This document shows, piece after piece, positions 56,530 to 64,000 of a DNA stretch of 64,000 nt. The translations under genes and the position numbers were made by a program. The stretch comes from Octopus vulgaris (taxonomy: Eukaryota), in contig OX597818.1 of the NCBI GenBank assembly GCA_951406725.2, forward strand, positions 7,812,001 through 7,876,000. The letters run 5' to 3'. Position 1 is the first letter of the stretch. Every line of letters starts with the position of its first letter. Below the pieces are notes generated by a model, which worked only from the letters and a program-made list of their open reading frames with translations, did no database searches and was not told the origin of the DNA.

Positions 56530-56820
56530 ATAAATATGAATACGAGAATAGTAAAAGTTGTGCCTATAATAATTGTTGCTTTAGGGACTTAGTAACGATG
56601 CATACAAATACTTGATGGAGATTGGAATGGAATGTTCCGTGGAGCTTCTCCAGAAAATTTGCCTTTTAGGAACAGGAAAAATCATCATCCGGGTTTTGAA
56701 CACTTGAAAGATTATCGAAAGCTTGTGGACGTCTAAATTTATAGACACTAAACCGCTTAAATTCTACATGAAATATGACCAAACTTGAATCAAATCGAAT
56801 ATTAATTATATTATTAATAA
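56530..56820 (+). mobile_element. Second Dong-type 3'-end fragment in tandem
   Basis: KVVPIIIVALG..ELLQKICLLGTGKIIIRVL*; collinear with 56220-56500. Confidence 0.7.
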
Positions 56821-57235
56821 TGAGCAACCAAATTTAATGAAATTATAGGGTAATTCATCATCATCTCTACAGCCCGCGAATCCTTTGCAATATTTAAGAA
56901 ATTTGAATATTGTTAAAGAAATTTGAATATAGTTAGTAGAACAATTGTAACATTTACCAGTATTTTACAATGGAAGTAAATGCTTCAAGGAAGCAAGAAA
57001 GGAACGAAATAAAATCACCGCTGCACTAGAACAAAATAAAATATGTTAGTAAGAAAAGATATTAGGGAAATAATTTTCTGATAGGATGTACTCTTATAAA
57101 TGTAGTCTAGTGAAGGTTTTATGAAGTTCTCTATCGTTTAGTAATCTCAAAATACAGACATACTGACAATTTTACAAGTAAATAGCGTGCTTGTATATTT
57201 GTATTTGTATTTTTACTTCCGCGCCTGTACCTGCA

Positions 57236-57390
57236 TACACATACATACATACATACATACATACATACATACATACATACATACATACATACATACATAC
57301 ATACATACATACATACATACACACAAACGAACAAACAAACAAACATACATACATACATACATACATACATACATACATACATACATACAT
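57236..57390. repeat. (ACAT)n microsatellite
   Basis: Direct reading. Confidence 0.95.
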
Positions 57391-58477
57391 AGATATAAGC
57401 ATACATTTGCCTTCTGCACATAAGTACCTACATTTTCAGAGGCGTATAATATTATGTGAATGCGTAATCATTTCATGTGCTTATGTGTATGGACAAACCC
57501 ATATATGTAGACATACACACGCATGTACATGGATATATATGCATACATGTATTAAAACACATGTAAGTGCATATGTGTGGATGCATGTGTGTAGTTGTGT
57601 GTGTATGTTTGTGTGTGTGAGTGATTGTGTGTGTGTAGACTTATAACTTTGGATGAAGTGTTTAATAATTTGACTTATCTAATGACATTATACGAAAGCT
57701 ACTGAATCTACGCTAACTCAAACCATTTTCCCTACTTTCAAAAGTAATAAATAATCCTTCCATTCATAAAGCGCGGTAAAAAATACTTTATATATAAACG
57801 CAGAAACACATTTTCAATCTCATGTATATATATTACATTCATAGCTATATCATTAAAACTTATTTTGCAATTACCGCCAAACTATATATATTGAGATTGT
57901 GAATATAAAATATGATGTTTCATTAGGTAAAAAGAGTTCTATTGCCAGATCTAGGAGCAATGTCTGTAGAAAACTGCATTATTACTTTGAGAGCACACAT
58001 TATTATCCATAACACTGTATTTCGTGAATGGCTACAAACCGTTCTCTCTATCTATAGAGGTTTTACAATAGTCGATAAATTGCTTGTATTAGTCAACTTC
58101 ACATTTTAATTCAATAAAGAAGTCAATCTCTCTAGCTATATTAAAGAAAAAAATTATAAAGTATTCCGAATAAAAATAGAACAATGAAAGATCACACGTG
58201 ACCTCTTGATGCAGATCAGCAATCTTTTTAAGAGAAGGTATTACAAAAAATACGAACAAATTTCTGAAGCCTTTCTAAATTCAATAGAAATGGAATGGCA
58301 GAACTTCTGATTAGGATTCACTCTTCAGAAAATAACATTTCATAAAAAATAACGTTCACTATACACGCTTATATTCAAGTCAGTCTCCTCCCAATGCAAG
58401 GCAATGCGAGTCAATCAAACTACAAGATATAACAGTACATTTCCCATCAATTATAATGTCTTAAATAATTCGCAATA

Positions 58478-59040
58478 CGAGGTGGTATCCAAAAGTATGC
58501 GGAAACGTACCCTATGGGACAAACACGTTATAGACCAGGCTCCCACCCCTAGAAATCACTTGTTGCGACCCTCAGTCATGTGTTTGCCAACCAGCGTCGG
58601 TTGTTGCATTCGTAACGCAACGTTGTGCGTCTTTAATTTGCAGTGCTTTTCCCCTGTTCGATTTTTACGATTGCTGAAACAAAGGAACCACGTGCTTCCG
58701 TGAAATTGTGTCTTCTGCTGAGGAGAACGGTTGTCGAAACAGTTGCCATGCTTCAAACAAATTTACGAGTGGTTTTCTTGTTTTTGGAATGTCCAGTTGT
58801 CTCTTGAAGACCAACCTTATGCAGGGCGACCGTCGACCACCCGAGAGAATGAAAGCATTACGAAAGTGCATTAACTGATCTCGGAGGAACGTCAACGAAC
58901 AATTGACGAACTTGTTGATATGACTCGTGTATCATGGAGCTCCTGCTAATGAATTTTGAGTGAGGAACTGTGAATCAAAAGAATTGCAGGAAAATGTGTG
59001 CTTCGCTTGCTCAGAGAAGATCAAAAGCAGTCATAGCTGA
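58478..59040 (+). mobile_element. 5' half of a mariner element (different family from 601-1858)
   Basis: TA + CGAGGTGGTATCCAAAAGT TIR-like start; KEPRASVKLC..ETVAMLQ, YEWFS..SLEDQP..GRPST, RTIDEL, KCVLRLLREDQKQ. Confidence 0.8.
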
Positions 59041-60647
59041 ATACTAAGTTTGTATCTACTGCATTTTTCAATGTGGGTATCACTCCAAAATACGTGAATC
59101 TTTGGTAAATATGGTGAAAAAAATTTCGACCAGTGAAAGACGTGGTCTGCAATTGCAAGCAAGTGGCTGCTATATATCATTATACAGCTTTCATGTGTTG
59201 AATACCAATACCATGTGACCGTTCTGGCAGGACATTCATTACTTATAAGGGAAATAAGAGTTCCTGAGGCCTAAAATATATCATGAAAGCTTACAACAAA
59301 GTGAGTTCTGCTAAAAACAACCATGGCCCATGTGGTTTTGCCAAAGTTCTTCACTGATTACTTGTAGCGTATAATATTTTAGTAAAAAAGTTTGATTGAA
59401 CTTAGTTTGCACGGGCAACGATATTAGTTTCAGTTCAGGGTAATCCCAAGTTACAGAACTATATCTGCAACAATTGTAAAGATATAATCAATATATTTTA
59501 TCGTTTTATTTTTATCTTCAAAAACAGTTATGTTTTAAGTATTATTTTGATAATGATAACTTTTGACACTACACGAATTAAATTAAAATTAAAACTTTCT
59601 GTTATCAGAGCGCTGGGATGATTCTTTCACGGTGTGATTGCTAAATTGCCACATTCTATTGGATACCATGTTGTTTACCTTGACAAGATCCCTGTTTAAT
59701 CTACTTCTGAAACATTTTCGCTACTTTTACCGATGTGTAGAGATTATGTTCCCAGGTAATGGATCGATCAAGATCTTTTATCAAACGGAAAAAAAAAAAC
59801 AGAAGCGAACGAAGCATTGACATATTTAAGGTAGGGTGATGTATCAGAAGATTGACTTCAAACAACAAAATTACTAGATTTCTTTCTTTACAATCATTTT
59901 ATTAGTTTATATTGTTTTCAAATCGGAAAAGACACTGATACATGGAACTGATCGCAATATTGGAGTAGTGTGTTTTTCCAGATAGGAATGGTATATACTA
60001 ATCAAACAGTCCCAGAATTGTAAATTTCAAGCAGTTAATGTTTATCTTCAATGTATTTAAATCGATAATTCCAAGACAACTATAAATAAGAATGAAATTC
60101 CTCTTCAGATTAAGTTTTGGAGCACATTTATTAAGCTATTGGTTAGCAAGATGCAAAGAGTGAGAAACAACATGACAAGAGGAGGATGATATATGACTCG
60201 GGATCCACGCAATATCCAGCTTTTTGAAGATAAATTTGAACAATTGTGTGGTTGAGTTCGTGCATGCACCGAAGAGTCCATAATAGATATTGCAATGCTT
60301 ATTAGTGCAGTGATGGCATTGATATTATAGACCCTACTGGTGGTAATACGGTAGGTGTTATAATATACTGAATATCCTGCTGTGGTGCGAAGTCATTATA
60401 ATGGCTATGTTGCTTGAGAAGGTGCATGCAGCTGATGTAAGAAGTGAGTAAACTTGTAGTCATAATAGCGTTGGGTTAATTGATATTTTCTTAGTGGATC
60501 TGTCTTCCTCCCATTATATTACAAGTAGTAGTGTAGCTGATGCTGGTGTTAATGAAGCAAATGAAGTGATGGTGGTTGTCATGCAACTATGAGAACTGGC
60601 AGCAATGAAATTTTATATGTTGAATTACTACTAACTGTGTTATTTTT

Positions 60648-60687
60648 CAGATTAGCTTAAAGTCAGGTGTGACTTTAAGCTAATCTG
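60648..60687. other. Perfect 18-bp inverted repeat with 4-nt loop
   Basis: CAGATTAGCTTAAAGTCA-GGTG-TGACTTTAAGCTAATCTG. Confidence 0.95.
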
Positions 60688-61929
60688 TACTTCTTTTTTC
60701 TTTCTTTTATATTCTATAAAAGATTACTTTATACAATACTTTCAAAGGCGGAATATTTAACATGAAGTGTCAAGGTGATTAGGCTGCTAATTTTAGTTGC
60801 TTGAACAACCACAGAGACGCTAACTCGTCGGGTTGCTCAAGGTGATGTTGGCAGTGCTGATAGTGGTCGACATTTTGAATGTGATTCTTGAAGTGATCAT
60901 GTCGCGAAGGTAGAAAATCACGTGTATAAATCCCAAATTGGCTGTACATTAACTTTACAACTTAATATTGATTATTAGGAAGTAGACGACTTAACGTCAG
61001 TAAATAATCAATTCCTCGTTGCTTGCAATATTAATTTCTCATTTTATCTCTAAGTTATCGTTTATGTATATTACTTTAATTTGATTTGTCATGAGTACCT
61101 TTGACTAATGTAAATTTAATCAAGTATTTCTTAATTAATAAATATATTCTACCTTTGATCTTAATTAAGTCTATTGTGTAACGTCTTATAGATGGAAGAT
61201 TCATATACAAATTTGTCTTATTAAATATAGCAAATATTATTAAATGTAAGAAATAAACTGTAAAGTTTGTTTTATATTTTATTTTTCTTCAACACTTAAC
61301 ACTTTTCACATTTTAGAACGAAAATCTGCGATTATTTCTCACCTGAATCATTGTCTCTCAATATTTTTGTCTAATATTATTGCTGTATGTGAAAAAGTCT
61401 TTTTGCAGTTCGGTCACACATACGCACAAATACGCACAGGCACTCATGCAGAAACACACACACACACACATGCATATTTACATAAGTTCCGATATATACA
61501 GAGATACACACACATATACACACATGCATATACACACATGCATATACACACGCACACAGATATTTCAAAAGTAAATAATAACCATTACTACTGAAAGATT
61601 GATTTGTAGAAAACACAAAATGCAATCTGATACAGCTTTTAAATACTTAATCTATTATTTAGCAGACATGTCATGTGCCGTTTTTAATTGTCTAAACCAT
61701 TTGGTAATCATACTAATGAGTAGTGTAAGCACATGAAAAAGGTATAATGACGCATGTCTTTTTACTTCCGAGATGTCTGCAAATATATGTGTGTGTGCGT
61801 GTGTGTGTATGTGTGTGCATGTATATATAAATGTATTAGTATATATGGTGCTCCAGCATGGCCGCATTCAAATGACAGAAGCAAGTATACAAAAGCGGTA
61901 AATGATATAAACATACATATATATGTAAA

Positions 61930-62318
61930 GACGGCTAGCTGGCAGAAACGCCGGGCAAAATGCGTAGCGGTATTTCGTCTACCGCTACGTTCTGAGTTCA
62001 AATTCCGCCGAGGTCGACTTTGCCTTTCATCCTTTCGGGGTCGATTAAATAAGTACCAGTTACGCACTGGGGTCGATATAATCGACTTAATCCGTTTGTC
62101 TGTCCGTGTTTGTCCTCTCTGTGTTTAGCCCCTTGTGGGTAGTAAAGAAATAGGTATTTCCTCTGCCGGTACGTTCTGAGTTCAAATTCCGCCAAAGTCG
62201 ACTTTGCTTTTCCTCCTTTTGGGGTCGATAAATTAAGAACCAGTTTCGTAATGGGGGCTATCTAAGGGACTTGCCCTCCTCCCCTAAAATTTCGGTCCTT
62301 GTGCCAAGAGCTGAAAAG
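61930..62318 (+). mobile_element. tRNA-derived SINE dimer (near-consensus tail-1 unit + diverged tail-2 unit)
   Basis: Junction AAGAAATA/GGTATTTC at 62152/62153. Confidence 0.9.
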
Positions 62319-63573
62319 TATATGTGTGTGTGTGTTTGTATGTGTGTAATTAAGTTTTATTTGTCCTCAAAGATAATCAACGTAGAGCTTGTAAAACTAT
62401 TTCATTTACAATAATTTAACTGTTTTCATAACTTTATGATTTACAAATTTAGTGTGAGACTGAGAGAAAAGTGAAGCCATGGCGCAATAGGTTCATCTCT
62501 AACAAAACAATTTAATATTTCTCCCTTGTTTGTAGAGGGATTATGGCACAAATTTCAAAATAAATAAATAAATAAATCAAACATCGAATTCGGTCATTAT
62601 TCAAATAAGTGTGATTTGATTGCATGAAACGATAAATGTACCGAATACCAATGGTTGGTAGACTAGTGAATATGCCATTGAAAGTATAAATAAAAATTGC
62701 ACAAACAGTTCGCTTATTAGGATAGCGTGGCAATATGGACGAGCCGAAATTCAAATTTATTGGTCCAGTGACGGTGTCATGTGACAGTAAGACCATTTCC
62801 TCAGAAAAGTTGAAATATCAGAAATACACTTCTTGCGTGTATGTTTATAACAGTAAGTTGGGTATCCTTATAATAGTGCATATCATTCTTTCTTCACCTT
62901 TTAGGCGTGAAACTGAACAGTATATTGCGATGGGGATTTTAGGGAATGTATTTTTGCTACAGCGTACTCAGTAATAGTTGGTTTTCTTTTATATATTTCT
63001 GATATATTTTTAACGTATTTTCCCCCTCAAAATATGTTCTCATTTAGATTTGCTTCATGCGACTTTAATTAAACTTAATACGTTTGTGTAGTTAGATTGA
63101 TTACACTCTTGACTATTGTTGAACGATTAATGTTATTTGGCTGTTGGTAAATTATCATTGTTAGGTGGCTGACTGGCTGCCACATTTGTTTTGCATCGTG
63201 CTTTAATGTTTGGTACGTCTCCATAGATATATATAGAGAATATTCTTGTTTGACGTGATTTCTATAACACAGAATATGCATCCAGTCAGGAACCCTGCTC
63301 GTCATTCGTAATTCAGGTATGTCTATTCTTTTTGCGCAATATTAGAATCGTTGAAATCTATTTTTCCAATAATAATTTTCTTCATTAGTGGAGTCTTTTA
63401 TTCCTAGTTCCAAAGTAACTGTGCAAATTGAAATTCTTCTTTCTGTATCAAAGGATGTTTCTTTATGTCTGTTTTGGATGTCCTGAAGGAATCAGCATGC
63501 ATTGTTTAGAGTTAGTTAGTTAGTTTGTAACGGCTATCAGTTCCGATGTTTTATCCTTTATACATATATATTA

Positions 63574-63574
63574 C

Positions 63575-63673
<99 letters not shown>

Positions 63674-63720
63674 GTCTGTCTGTCTCCTCTCTCTCTCTCT
63701 ATATATATATATTTATATAT
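63574..63720. repeat. (TCTA)n/(CT)n/(TA)n microsatellite
   Basis: Direct reading. Confidence 0.95.
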
Positions 63721-64000
63721 GTGTGTGATCTGTGCGTACGTGTATGTGTGTGTTTATGTGAGTTCGGCGATAGTGTATAGTGAGAAAGTAAGGGTAGATA
63801 TACATACTTCTATAGATGATTTAAACTATGTAGCTGAAAGCAAGACAATACAATAGCTAGGTGTCTATCCATCAAAAAGCTTTAAGTTAACAACTAAATG
63901 TCAATCCAAGGTACTGGAATAAAACCTTGCTCATATTACATCACTATATATGTCTAAAGTCTATTAAGCAAACTTATGCCCAGTACACCCCTTATCCTCC

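Noticed and set aside
62700-63320. SRCR-like words (VRL..GRAEIQIY) and small exon-like segments
   Set aside because: The motifs are in different frames, stops intervene and the conserved cysteine pattern is absent.

Overview
AT-rich, microsatellite-dense animal DNA made almost entirely of transposable-element remnants. I could not support any intact host gene, rRNA, tRNA or CRISPR array. The SINE families and microsatellite load look like octopus (coleoid cephalopod) DNA, which is an inference. DNA transposons: a full-length mariner plus mariner fragments, an IR/DR Tc1 nested in a SINE, a maT-like fragment, a THAP-bearing ISL2EU/Harbinger-type transposase and a non-autonomous Helitron. Retroelements: a CR1/L2-group LINE whose ORF1 appears to carry a Myb/SANT-like domain plus CCCH fingers, a Mag-like gypsy remnant, Tx1/L1-clade LINEs, several R4/Dong-type LINEs in (AAT)n tracts, and two Penelope-like elements, one with an intact hammerhead ribozyme. 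The most interesting signal is a three-part retroelement system. A Tx1-like LINE, an ORF1-only (HAL1-like) element and a tRNA-derived SINE share the same 3' tail (GCyCyTTGTG-n3-ARTAAAGAAAT). That SINE forms head-to-tail arrays at four loci, with junctions at nearly the same position in the loop of its own tRNA-like hairpin, suggesting SINE-into-SINE homing or programmed template jumping. Translations were done by eye and boundaries of degraded elements are approximate.
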